Below are positions 43,780 to 55,601 of a stretch of 64,000 bases of DNA, one piece after another. The DNA lies in the NCBI GenBank assembly GCA_030141605.1, contig JAQGDQ010000292.1, positions 62,001-126,000 on the forward strand, in the 5' to 3' direction. A program made the translations under genes and the position numbers. How positions within the stretch are numbered: position 1 is the first letter of the stretch; the number at the start of each line of letters is the position of its first letter. The notes under the pieces were generated by a model that saw nothing but the letters and a program-made list of their open reading frames with translations, searched no databases and was not told where the DNA came from. Source of the DNA: Tubiluchus corallicola. Taxonomy: Eukaryota > Animalia > Priapulida.

Positions 43780-44070
43780 CTCTGGAGAGTCTCTATGACT
43801 TTTCGCCAATGGTTCCTAAACGCTGACTGTTTGTTCGTCTTTCTGCTGCCCAATTTCATTCCCCGGGTTTCTTGTTTGTGGAATTCTAATGCCAGAATAC
43901 TGTTTCCCTGAAAACTACGACCTCACTCGATTCAAGAAGAATATCGACACCTATTTCTAGCAAATTCTATTTTTCTAAACATATTTCCATATCATCACCT
44001 GTTTGCTGTAACGCTTTACCTTGAATGGTCATTAACCATTAGTCTTATTTGGGGCAATGTGCATTAAAAT
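43780..44070 (+). mobile_element. CR1/Jockey-group LINE 3' fragment
   Basis: FIPRVSCLWNS/MPEYCFPENYDLTRFKKNIDTYF matches the 'SF.PR...LWNSLP...FP..YDL..FK..I' RT C-terminus, followed by a 3'UTR ending in ATTAAAA. Confidence 0.65.
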
Positions 44071-44688
44071 TGGCTACTAGTACTGGCACGTGAAAGATTT
44101 AGGCAACTAATTTTTTGTGTTAAGCAGTAGAGGAAGATGGATGAAACTGATTGTGGTGTATTCTCAGAACAGGCAGATTTGCACGCTTTTGTGTGTGTGA
44201 CGAACGTGATGCAAAGCAGTGATTAATTATAACTTTAAATATAAAACATTATAAATAATTTAAATATAAGATATTGATATAGCTTTAATGTAAAAATTGC
44301 TAAACTTCGTTAAAAGTGGTAAGAAAATAGACTATTATGAGGGATAAATGTGATTTAAGTTAACAGATTTATTAGAAACAATTTCCTTTAAAGCTGATTC
44401 AACTATATATGAGTTAAGGGTACTGTTTGAGAAAAAAATGCATTATTAAAATCAAAAGCAAAACTAGTTTCATATATGGTTACACTTTTCTACACTTTCG
44501 TGTGTTGGAATTTTTGTGTTGGCAGTTGTTTACTATATGTTTACTATAGTTTTTTACATTTGCAACCGTTGCAACATTTGCAACCGTTGCAACATTTGCA
44601 ACTCATAACGTCTAAGCTACTTTGATCATCTCAGGCCACTCGTCTATTGGCGTGTCACTCCTCAGTTTCCTAAAAGTAGGTTAATTAA

Positions 44689-46133
44689 TTACATCTTGCA
44701 CTTTTGCCTAAAAACATTTTTGACTAATGTTGACAAAATTCTTGGCGGTATCCTTGTCGTAAAATTGGCAAATTCGTTTGTGTTTTCCCTGTTTTTCCAC
44801 ATTTGATAATGAACACCGCGATTAGTTGTAATTTGTTCGAAGTAGTTGTTTGACCCCTGGTACTTAGGAAAGAGTTCTATTAAGCTGGCGTGCTGAGGCA
44901 GAAATATAGTGTGAGCTAGTCCAGCGCCAAGCATTGCTACCAAGATGTCAGTTTGACTGATCAATTATATTAGCTGCACCATATCGAGAGTGTCCATCTG
45001 GGCCGTGCGAAAGTGAATGTTTGGAAACTGTTTTAACGTCTGTATAACCTAGGTCTCCTTGGAAAATTTTCGTTTAATTAACCTATTGCATTAGGTGGGT
45101 CGCATATAATCACGGCGTAAAATTAAGAGTACATTCGTCTCCTTACAATTAAAATTACTGTACACGTAAGGATCTAGCCCATGTCCTTTTAGGAAAAAGC
45201 ATCTGAACTGTTCTATCAATGGAATGCTTTTGATCTGCACTGAAGACTTGAAAAATGGCGTATTGTACGACCGCATTAGCCAAACCAAGTTATGTACTTT
45301 GACGAGACTAGAACTGAAGTTTCCAACTATAAACAAGTTGCAAAAACCTAGTCCATGACTTCTCAATTGCTGTCTTTGGGAACGCGTCCATTACAAGAAC
45401 ATCCGTACGCGATAGTTTCTCATTGAAGAAAGTCATCATGGAAAAGGCGCTGTAAAACTCCATCATTTGAAAATAAATGTTGTCATATTCACTTCGGCGT
45501 ATGGCAATCGTTAACCCAGGAATATTTTTACATGTAATATCTTGGCACTCAGTATCACCTATACTAACCTTTTGCATCCACTCATTTAAAACACTTTTGC
45601 CAAATGGGGCTTTTTACGACAACGAACAATAAAGTATCCAGGATCAAGCACATATGTTTTTCCCTTTTCTGAGAGATTAAGGTAAACTGGTATTTCTTCT
45701 CCACCCTTCTCACCATGACCGAAGTCTGTGTGCAGCACCACTTCTTGAAGTAGTGCAAAGTTATTGGCGTAAGCCTTGATTTTACCGTCACATTGTTCAG
45801 ATTCTGTGCTTTTCCATTCATCAAATACATCGTTATCAACAGGAAGGCAATCATTAGCATTTTCTCCCCGGCCTCCGAAAGACGATCCATTTTCAAAAAC
45901 GTCCGAACCGCTTCTAGTCTTCAAGTCTAGGCTTATATATATATATATATATATATACATACCATACTTTGGAGTCTTTTAAAACACCAATATTAAGACT
46001 GCCGCGTGTCTTTAATTGATTTATAAACGATAATAATGAAAACGGCTGAAAGTACACGATAAGGCAGCAGAAGCACAGAAGACACATCACACCTAATCCT
46101 CCAGCGAATCTTTCTCAGAAACCTGAAATCCAT
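44689..46133 (-). pseudogene. Glycosyltransferase family 61 (beta-1,2-xylosyltransferase / EOGT-like) pseudogene, single coding exon
   Basis: ATG at 46133; type II anchor (RKIRWR/LGVMCLLCFCCLIVYF); GGEEI, TIAIRRSEYDNIYF (cf. TRYEYANLYH), LLILRRDY, RKFS.E, SQTDILVAMLGAGLAHTIFLP...LIELFP. Several frameshifts, a (TA)n tract, three in-frame stops (near 45092, 45050, 44966), and the conserved HGAG reads LGAG. Confidence 0.88.
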
Positions 46134-48285
46134 TTTCCCACGGAAATCTTAGGTGCAATCCAGCCAAATGACTATAAAAAGTGTTATAATTAAAGTTAGA
46201 CTACGTCAATGATGATGATGTTTTATACTTATTTGCTTCAGTTTTGTTTAAGAGGACTACTGACGTTAAGCCCTTCTGGCGGAACACTTATGTTATATCG
46301 CCGCTCAAACATCGAATCCAAGACACAACGGCGATCATACGTTCACTAATAAAACAATAAAAATATAAAAACGTTTACAGTAGCATTAACATCACTTTTA
46401 AACGACAGTCAACTTAATTCAATAGCACAATTTTCTAAATTTAATTTCCAAGCTTATACAACTGAAATAGCTCTTCACCGTGAATTCCATTAAGTTTACT
46501 ATAACGGCTTTGACGTTAAAATAAAGCCATTAAGCCAATAACATTCTAATATTTTAGCATCAACCCTGATGCTAATAGAGATCGATAGTAGAAAACAACG
46601 AATTTCCTTCATATCAATTGTGTGATAATCGAAAGATGTCTTTTCCAAAAAATCCAATAGTTGATAAAAAATAATTACGGGTTTCCATTTTACTATTGTT
46701 GTGGAAAACGCTTTCAAACTTCCAGAGAAAAAACTTCTTAGAGAAACATTTTTTTCAGATGCTATTTTGACACATCTGATGTTTAGCTTATCAGGACTAT
46801 GCAGAGATCATAAGCTTTTTGGTAGTTATGTAGTTGCAGTAGTGACTCCCCTAGTGACATTCCATATGAAAACAACTTACAATTTTTTGCAAACAAGATC
46901 CTGTACAGAAAAAATACCTAGTTCATCTGCAAAGGTTTATAAAAATTCTGGCAATCAGAGTCATAATTAATTAATGACATAAAAGAAATTTCAAAGATCT
47001 GAAATTAATTTTTGGGCTATATTGAAACGTTTGCACTTGAGCTTTTAGCACAATCAAACTTGGTCCGCCTGTAGGCATGCTAGACCAAGTTGAATGAAGG
47101 TAGTTATGTCGTGTGGCACACTAAATTAAACTCAATGACGGGTTTTTCATGTTAATTTGTGTTTTATGAAGTTGGCTGAAAGTTCGTTATGCAGTTAATA
47201 CAGATCTCCTTTCACAGATAGAGGGAGTTGTAATTGCATCTCAGAACAGCAATGTGAGAACTAGAAGTAGAACGGGGTTGCAATTTTCAGGTTACTTAGA
47301 GTTCTAGATGTTAACAATAACGGGTAAATTACAAACACTAAGAGCTGAGGTTAGTGGGGATCTGTGCACTTCTCGAGCCGTGAAAAGACAATTTGTGCGG
47401 AGTACGAGCAGAAGTGAACAGGTGGCAGGTGGATAGTTGTGTGGAGTCTTAAAAACAACTTTATAACTTGCGCATACCTATCACGCAGTATTTGAAGTAT
47501 TTAGATTTTTATTCACTTACTGAGCTGTAATTAGTAATTACTTATTGTTGCCCGCTTTGCTTCAAAGCCTTAAGGTTTTTCAAGCAAAAAGTGCACTTCA
47601 ACCCGCACCTCGTGATTAATCATCCAGTAAACCTTTATCATCTTCATGTTGTTCAATGGTAGGCCTATTAAAAGTGCTACAAAAGGCCCAAAGATTGGCA
47701 AAAAACTTACTTCTGCATAAAAGTGACATACTAATGTGGCTGCAAGCTTCACAAGTTTGCAAATTGAAATACAAATATACATGTAAATGTAAATTTGTTT
47801 TTTTGTGTTATATACTATCGCTATACCACCTTTCACAAAAAAATTGTAAACAAAATAAAGTTATTTACGCACAAAAAGTTACTGGAATAACAACAATAAC
47901 ACTTCAACTAGCTATTGAATATTTTTAAAAAATTGTAGCAAGTTAACAAAATAAATGCATAAAGTAAAAAAATAAATGAAAGACATCATAAAAATATTTT
48001 ATAATAATTATTACATCACTAAGACCAAGTCACTAACTAATATTAGATAGTAAGTTAACAAAACTCAGTACATAACATCTATACCACTTTCATATGCTCG
48101 AAAGTTAAGTTTGTTCTTGGAAAAAAGTGAATTTTAATAAACTGTGAGTAATATATTTGTGAACGCTTAATCTTCCTGCATAGGAAGCGCATAGTCTTGT
48201 CTGTTAAAGCAGTATGAAACAAATTTAATCTAACAATTACACACAAAAACTATGATTTCACTTACTTTTTCTTATTTGATACACT

Positions 48286-48375
48286 ATTTGGTATTCGGAA
48301 AATTGCAAAAACTAGTACTTACGCCACTTCATTTGGTATTCGGAAAATTGCAAAAAATAGTTCTTACGCTACTTC
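48286..48375. repeat. 45-bp tandem duplication
   Basis: atttggtattcggaaaattgcaaaaa(c/a)tagt(a/t)cttacgc(c/t)acttc present twice. Confidence 0.9.
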
Positions 48376-50651
48376 ATATTTGTCACACACAACCGTATTG
48401 CTTAGGGCGTTATAAAGGTGTTATTAACTAGATGCTCAACCAGGAAATCATTCTCCGTGCATTACGGAGAATGGTCGCCGCATTTTGTTAGTAGGTATTT
48501 ACATGTCACAAACGCACTGTGTAGTTTACAGTTGCACAGTTTTACTATAAACTGTGGCAGTAGTGTCATTAACTGCACACGTGTGTAGACAACCAAATTT
48601 GCCTCATGAGCAAGAACTGAAACAGACAGTAAATCTTGCAATGGCAGAATTCAGGACTTGCAAATGTCCATTATCCACAAGTGTGCAACAAATCTGGACT
48701 GGGCTTTTGGGCTTTTCACCAACCCCTCCTAGGGCTTCAGCGCTATTACAACTGATAATATAATAAACCCTTGACACTGTAATACCAAAAAAATAACACA
48801 AGTAATAAAAATCAACTTAAATAGCCGATAATCTGATAATGTTAACTAATAATGAATAAAAAAATGCACCACGAAAGATCCAAAACGTATTAATGTGATA
48901 TACGATATACTGTAACAACAATTACAAACACCAGTATGGGCTTAGACGTTTGGGCTCCGCACAATTGGGCCCCAAGACATTTAGTTAATTTTATTTCATT
49001 ATCGGTTAGTTATTACATTATGTGTTAATTTTGTTACATTATGCGGCAATTTTTTTCTGTACTACAATATCGAACGTTTATTATATTATCAGTTGTAAAA
49101 AGCATTTCCGTCTTTCCTCCCATTACAGTTTAGCTGGCTCAGGCGTAGAACAAAGAACATAGAACAATGGGTTAGTGGAGTGAACTACATTTAAAAATCT
49201 GCCCGACGCCCACAGACCCTGAACCTTTGACCACAGGACAGAAGTCACAACATTGCAGGGTTCCTGCTATGAGTTTCATGATCATAACTTGCGTACATTT
49301 GTAGTTATTAAGTGAAAGCCAATATGTTTCAGATTTTGATTTTGCTATAATGGTAAAACCTTAGTAGAGGAAAACACTTGTTTATTTGTCCTCCCGGGAC
49401 GGGTATAGAAGTTCCAATCACACCAATTATACAATGAAATTTTACTTCTTCTTAACACGAATACGCCTTTGAGTTTTTATGCAGCAGTTACATGCTAGCA
49501 GGGGTTACAAAATTAGTTGGTGGTACGTGAATTTGCGAAACTCTTGAGTGGTTCCAAAAGTGGTTGTGGACAAGAAATCGCGTCGCCATGTCATTACTGT
49601 CTTCGGAAATATTCCATCCGCGATTAGTGATGAAGCTTACTCGTGACTACACTTAGCTCACATTGACTATAGTACACATTTGAGATATGACTACGTCAGA
49701 GTTTTAACTGCAGTCTTTCACTTAGCAAAATCTGTCTTTAAGATGTTCTATAAACAAAGAACGCTGTATGTAAAATACGGTAAAAAACATCAATAACCTT
49801 TCTGTGGCAGAATAAGGTATTGGCTTGCTTGCAATGTGCTCTAAAGTATTAGTATCCGAACGCTTGACAGCCTTGACTATGAATTAATTGGAAACTGAAT
49901 TAACAATCACGGGATTATTTTTGTTAAATCCAGCCAGTTTTTCAGACATTTCTTTGTACTAGCAAAACGTGCTTAAATTCAAAAAGTCTAATCCTACTAC
50001 AACTATAATAAATTTACCATGCGCGGTAAATTAAGCCTTTCTATAGCGTTCAAGGATTAGAGCGCAGAAGCGGAAAGACATTTGTAATAACACTATGTGT
50101 GATCGTGATTCACATGATCAATATTCAGAAAAATTTAACAAGCAACGCATTTGTGTCCGCCTGCCCCAGCTAATTAGTTTGAAACCTATTATTTTTTATA
50201 CAGTAAGTAAAAAAATCTATATATTTAATACCCGAGCATCAAGGTTTGCAAGGATAAATACAGACTAAGATGAAACAGAACTGATTGAAAGCCATCAAAT
50301 GAATGAGGCTTTACAAGATTTTTTTGGTACCATGCACATATGCAGTTTAAATCAATTTAAAATTAACTAATTAAAGAACTTTAATTAATTAACGAATTAC
50401 TGAAATTTTTTGTTTTGAACTGACGACATCCTAGCTAATCAAGTTTCAACTTGGTTGGGTCATGCGAGCATGCAGTTTAAATCAACTTTCATTAATTAAG
50501 CAGCTCTAATTTATTAACTAATTAACGAAATGTTTAAATTTTTTTGAACAAAGAACGTCTCACTTAATCATCCCACCAAAATTTTCTCATGTCTTAAATT
50601 TAAAAACCGACTTTAAATAGTCCATGCCTTAACCGATTTTTTTTCTTGCAG

Positions 50652-50737
50652 GAAGAAGATGGCGCTTCAAAGTTTGATGGTGGCGCTAGTGTTTGCTGTT
50701 GTCAGCACGTTGCAAAGAGTCAACCCACAAATTACAA
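50652..50737 (+). CDS. Putative first coding exon encoding a signal peptide (gene otherwise unresolved)
   Basis: Strong acceptor tttttttcttgcag, good-context AAGATGG at 50659, MALQSLMVALVFAVVSTLQRVNPQIT and a phase-1 donor A|gtacgt. Confidence 0.55.
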
Positions 50738-51631
50738 GTACGTATAGAGTCAATTTTAGCTTCCATAATCTGCACTAGCAGACTCGTCTGTAGTATAGAA
50801 AATTACTCTTTTGTGAGTACTGCAATATCAGTTATAGTGATTTTGTGATACTGGCTGTTATAGCAAATTAGAAATCAGCAGTTTAGCTCTACGCTTCTGA
50901 ACTCGCGACAAGGATGAGGCCACGCGACAGTAACTTGAATGTCAAATTGATGTTGATCTATCAAGTTTTACATCGACTACAACCCCGCATACAGCTATCT
51001 TTCTAGCCTCCGAATGAGTGCCATGTCTCTCAAACATTTGGCTTGCCATTCCATCACATCAGGGCAAACATTATTGCAAGCACTCAGCATTTAAATGTGT
51101 TGATCAGTTAATATTGGAAATTCCTTGCGGCACGCTGCGTGGTCCATTATGACTTCAGTAAGGCAACTTCATATACAGCCCACGAGGTTGACCTTAATTG
51201 AATTGGGCAAAATTATTATTATGAACTCGCTCAGGAAAAAAATGTTATTAACGGTCAGATTTTCTGCTTATGGCACCTGTTAATTACGTCAAAAGTCAGG
51301 GCTGGCTTGGCGTTAAATCTAAGCTTAGAAGCACTGTGAGTAGCATTTATGCAGCAATTTTTTATTGAACTAATAATCGATTATCGGTTAGGCCTATTCA
51401 CAGGTGCCTGGCTTCTGTAACTTACTGAAGAAAGCACGGTTTTATGACAGAGAAAAGCAGAATCGACCGAGCACACGACAACGATTAGTAACCTATAGTA
51501 AACAACGATTTAAGACTGAAACATGTGCAAAAAACATGAAAATGTCCGAAATTTTAATGTACTGCTCACTGAGCATAGCTGTTGGCCACGGTGGCTTGTT
51601 AGGGACACAGTAAAAATAAAAAATAATGTAC

Positions 51632-51770
51632 TAACTCGAAATTTCGACTTAGTATCTCGAAATTCCGACTTAGCAACTCGAAATTTCGACTTAGTATCTC
51701 GAAATTCCGATTTAGTAACTCGAAATTTTGACTTGGTATCTCGAAATTTCGATTTAGCATCTTGAAATTT
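51632..51770 (+). repeat. 21-bp tandem array (left subterminal repeats)
   Basis: About 6.5 units of (a/t)ctcgaaatt(t/c)cgacttagta. Confidence 0.95.
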
Positions 51771-52319
51771 CTACATAGGATTCTATACAAGTGCTGTTCT
51801 CGTGGTGAAGTCTCGCCTAGATATCCGTTTCAACGATTCTAATCCAGGTATTCCCATTTCACACACGTGCGGGTGTGTGTTAGAAATTCCCATTTCATTT
51901 AACAAGGGTGAAGATATTGAATGGTAGTCTGCATTTATGTATGTTTTGCAAGCCCCGTTACTGGCATATAACAATTTTTATTGCAGCCTACGTTGTAATT
52001 TAACTATTTTAACAGTGGAAAGCAAATTAGTTTTCTTTAAAAAAAATATGTTGTTCTTTTTAATTTTTTTTAAAAATTCCTGTTTATTACTAAGTCTAAA
52101 CCTTTTGTTGGCAGACGGGCTTAATGATATTTAACTAGTTGACAATGTTTCTGGCGTGGTCAGAGACTGAAGATTTTGCAACAATAGTTATCAAATTTAG
52201 CCTTAAGAATGAAGAAATGACAGTTTTCTTGAAAATGCTTAATTTCTTTAATTGAATTCACCTTACTTGAATACATGGGAAGTGCATTTCACAATGAAAC
52301 CTCAGCATTTAACTGTTCA

Positions 52320-53164
52320 GCCCAGCACCCAGCACCCTGGGTCAAAGGTCAACCAATCTTGGCACAACTCATATCATTCAGTTTGTCTCGTTGAGACCTT
52401 TCATTTGATATACAACAATCTACTTCTCGTAGACCCTGGAAGGCGTTTGTCTCCTCGACCCCTATTTTGCCCCTAACTGGGTCACAGGTTAACGATTCAC
52501 ATTGTAACCTATGCCATTCGAATCGCCTCATCGAGACTTTTCATTTGATGTGCTACAAGGTGCCATTGCTCAACACTCGGTGCACTTCTGTTAACCCCAT
52601 TTTTCGGTTTTGCCCCCTAGCCCCACGACACCACCTAGCAACAAACCAAATATTGTGCCCCTAGCCCAAAAACTGTGGGAGCAGATGAATCATAAAGCAA
52701 AATAAGTGAAGACTTGCCCGCTTCGTGACTTTTGACTCAACAACTCCGGTCACATGTTTACGTAGTTAACTTTGCCCAGAGAGTGTACCCTGTGAGTTTT
52801 GCGTTCCTAGCCCTCAGCATGCAAAACGTCACCAATTGCGGGGACCCAAATTTTGCATTTTGGCCCTGCCCTCGGGCGTTTAAAGCTTGTCAGCTTTTCA
52901 AAACCCCTGGTGCACACCTGTCCCACAATGCTCAAATACTTGTGAAAAAAATGGAAAAAACCGAAAGCCTAGGAGGAGTTGAATCATAAAGGAAAAACTG
53001 ACCGACGCCCACTGCCCTTCCCCCTTGACCAGTGGTCAGCGGTCAACATGCTGTTGTACGTCCCCCGCCAATATTAATAATAATAACCGGATGAAAAACA
53101 ATAAGATTTTGCTATAGCAAAATCTTAATAATAACCGGATGAAAAGCAGTAAGATTTTGCTATA
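52320..53164. mobile_element. Helentron-like non-autonomous element nested in the IS3EU-like element
   Basis: ggtcaaaggtca, repeated gagac(c/t)tttcatttgat and ttttgcccc modules, and a terminal perfect palindrome taagattttgctatagcaaaatctta (53102-53127) with a partial duplicate; a related fragment lies at about 49200-49365. Confidence 0.5.
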
Positions 53165-53656
53165 CCCAAAAGTTCACATTTCAGCTTCATAGTTACTTTA
53201 TGAAGCCATAATTACTTTATGAAGCTGAAATGTGAACTTTTGGCTATCACAGCATTTGCATCACGTGTTCAACGCTGAAAGTTTTGGCACCATTGTTTGG
53301 TACTAGACATATGTATAAGGTTACGGACGCTTTTGAGTCATTTTTGGTTTTGCCGAACATTTTAGTGCCAAAACTGATGTCCAAATGAACATCTTCAGTG
53401 TTGATTTAAATTATTTCCTCAATGTTGAACAAGTAAAAATTTGTAAAAGTTTTCTAAGTGTTATTTCATTTTGCTTCTTTTATCTTTTAATTAATTTTTG
53501 CCCGCAAATAACAGTCAGTGTTGTAGTTATTTATGTGTTTGTAATACCAAGAGGGAAATACAATTTAAATGCGTTATCTCGGATTCATAGATCACGAAGA
53601 AGACAAACGATAAGCACTTAGTGAGTATGCCTTACAATTGCTTCAGTCTTTAACCA

Positions 53657-53737
53657 AAGTCGAAATTTCGAGATACTAAGTCGAAATTTAGAATTATTAA
53701 GACGAAATTTCCAGATACTAAGTCGAAATTTCGAGTT
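53657..53737 (-). repeat. 21-bp tandem array (right subterminal repeats, inverted)
   Basis: About 4 units of aagtcgaaatttcgagatact. Confidence 0.92.
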
Positions 53738-53852
53738 AATAAATTAATTTTTTATTTTTACTATGTCACTAACAAGCCACCTTAGTTGACAGCCTAATTA
53801 TAAGCAAACTACAATATTATTTGCCATTCTTTGGCTTATGTGTATTCTGTTG

Positions 53853-55127
53853 CAGGGCCAAATTTAGGCCTTATGGGTCCGATGCACTTCAAATTCGGCA
53901 CTAAATATTAAATTTCATGGGAAATAAAAAATAAACTATAATGAATGATAAACCGCATTTTTTCGAAAAAATATGCTAGCTGCCCACGAAAACTACTAAG
54001 CTTTTCTTTATTTATACTGCTGTACAAGATATTATTATTATATTCACACTAAATAACAGGCCAGCGGAAGAGTAATAAAGTTTAGTTTCCCCGCTTTTAT
54101 TCACGAGCAGCTACAAAAGTTTAAAATGAATCTCATTCAATAAAAATGCATAACAGCTATGCCAGAGCAAGTCGAAAATAAGTTACTGGCTAAGTTTTTG
54201 AAATCATCAGATTGGGATACGTAAATTTTCTGCATAATCTTTGCAGCCTTCACCAAATTTACAAGTTAATCACACATTACAGTATCAAAAAAAACTTGGG
54301 CACCTTGAATAATAAATTAAGTACTTTGTATTTTTTAAACGAATCTAATGTTTTATATTTAATAAAATCCCAGTGATAAATAACACTAAATTATAAAGTT
54401 ATTAATTAATCGTATCACTGCCTATTGTAGATATTGTCCTTTAATTGTATAAATCTAATCAAAATATTTTTTGCAAAAAAATAAGTGCCCAAGTGGCAAG
54501 TCATGTGTCACATTTATGCATAGCACTACAATGTATACAAGATGTCTTTCCTTCTACACTTAGAATCTGCAAAATTTTTAACTAGCTCATCAAACTGTAT
54601 CATCTTGAGGACATTGCTCTCGAGATTCGTGGGCCATCGTGTTTTTTTTATCAGTGCCAGTTTGCTGCACGACCTTCTCCCGAATAGTACACCGGGGAAC
54701 GTATAAGCAAGCCCTTCAGCATGTATTAAACCGACAATTGAGATAAACAGCAACATGACTTGAGTTTAGCAAAGGCTACAAACTGGGCAATTTCCTCAAT
54801 AACACTGTACCGAAGTCTTGAGGATAAGTACTGATGCAATTGTTATACAACTGAACCTTGGCCTCAGTTTTTGTCTCTGTATCAGGTAGACTGCATAGGT
54901 TAACTATTACATTGAACCCGTCATACTTTCTAGGTATGCTCCTCAGTGTTGTTGTAAAGCAATAGACAACTGGTCGAAAATGACAATGAAAGCTTCACGT
55001 CCAAATTTTTCTCGGGGGAAAAAGAACTTATATAACATTTTTTGGAAACGAATTGCTTACCCTGGGGCCCTTCTGGCAGGGCTGAGACAATTGCCTCCTA
55101 TGCCCCGCCCCCATAAATTCGGCCCTG
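53853..55127 (-). mobile_element. hAT (Tip100/ZMYM1-like) deletion-derivative transposon with a transposase C-terminal remnant
   Basis: TIR CAGGGCCAAATTTA...TAAATTCGGCCCTG with a perfect 8-bp TSD ttctgttg. Minus-strand remnant RRSCSKLALIKK...ESNVLKMIQFDELVKNFADSKCRRK matches the hAT dimerisation domain (ERSFSKLKLIK...FA..K.RR). Confidence 0.9.
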
Positions 55128-55520
55128 TTCTGTTGTATAGAAATGTATAAGGAAATGTTCCTAGGATTTTATATATACTTTCTCCTTTTCTATTTAAGTG
55201 CAACTTTTTTATGAGATCATGCAAAACGTTTAAAAAATTGGGATATAATGAATTGGCATAATTATGTTAAACATTAATCAAAGTCAATTTTGATATGTAT
55301 ACTGATATAATACTCATAATATTTGCCAGTGCATTAGTATATAAACAAGAAACCCATAAACAGGAAGAAAAAGAAATTAATATCAGTACTAGTAATTTTC
55401 ATGTTTTTCTGTTATTCTTACTGTGTCACTTTTGTTAAAGATAAAAAATAGAGTACAGTGCGATAAAATTGGAGGTTATTTCATACTTCGAGGTTAGGGG
55501 GCTAGTTTATTAATCTAGTG

Positions 55521-55601
55521 TCGACTTAACTCCCAAAGTTAAGCAATGCTGAGCATGATTAGTAAGTGGATTGGTAACAGCAGGGAACCTAGATATTTGT
55601 A
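55521..55601 (+). other. Degenerate 5S rRNA-derived fragment (pseudogene or SINE3-type head)
   Basis: aagttaagcaatgctgagcatgattagtaagtggattggtaacagcagggaacc is colinear with 5S AAGTTAAGCA...GGTTAGTACTTGGATGGGTGACCGCCTGGGAATAC. Confidence 0.55.

Larger units (their letters stand above)
51587..53784. mobile_element. Foldback-like non-autonomous DNA transposon, IS3EU-like, with nested insertions
   Basis: About 40-bp TIR (CACGGTGGCTTGTTAGGGACACAGTAAAAATAAAAAA vs reverse complement TAAGGTGGCTTGTTAGTGACATAGTAAAAATAAAAAA), inverted 21-bp subterminal arrays (ATCTCGAAATTTCGACTTAGT) and a 6-bp TSD gttggc/gttgac. Confidence 0.75.

Noticed and set aside
44960-45100. Three in-frame TAA/TAG codons in the GT61 frame suggesting stop-codon reassignment or readthrough
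   Set aside because: The same gene also has frameshifts and a mutated HGAG motif, and intact genes in the window end in TAA/TAG, so ordinary pseudogenisation explains it
51632-51770. Regular 21-bp palindromic repeats resembling a CRISPR array
   Set aside because: The units are head-to-tail with no unique spacers, are mirrored at 53657-53737 as transposon subterminal repeats, have no cas genes, and lie in eukaryotic context
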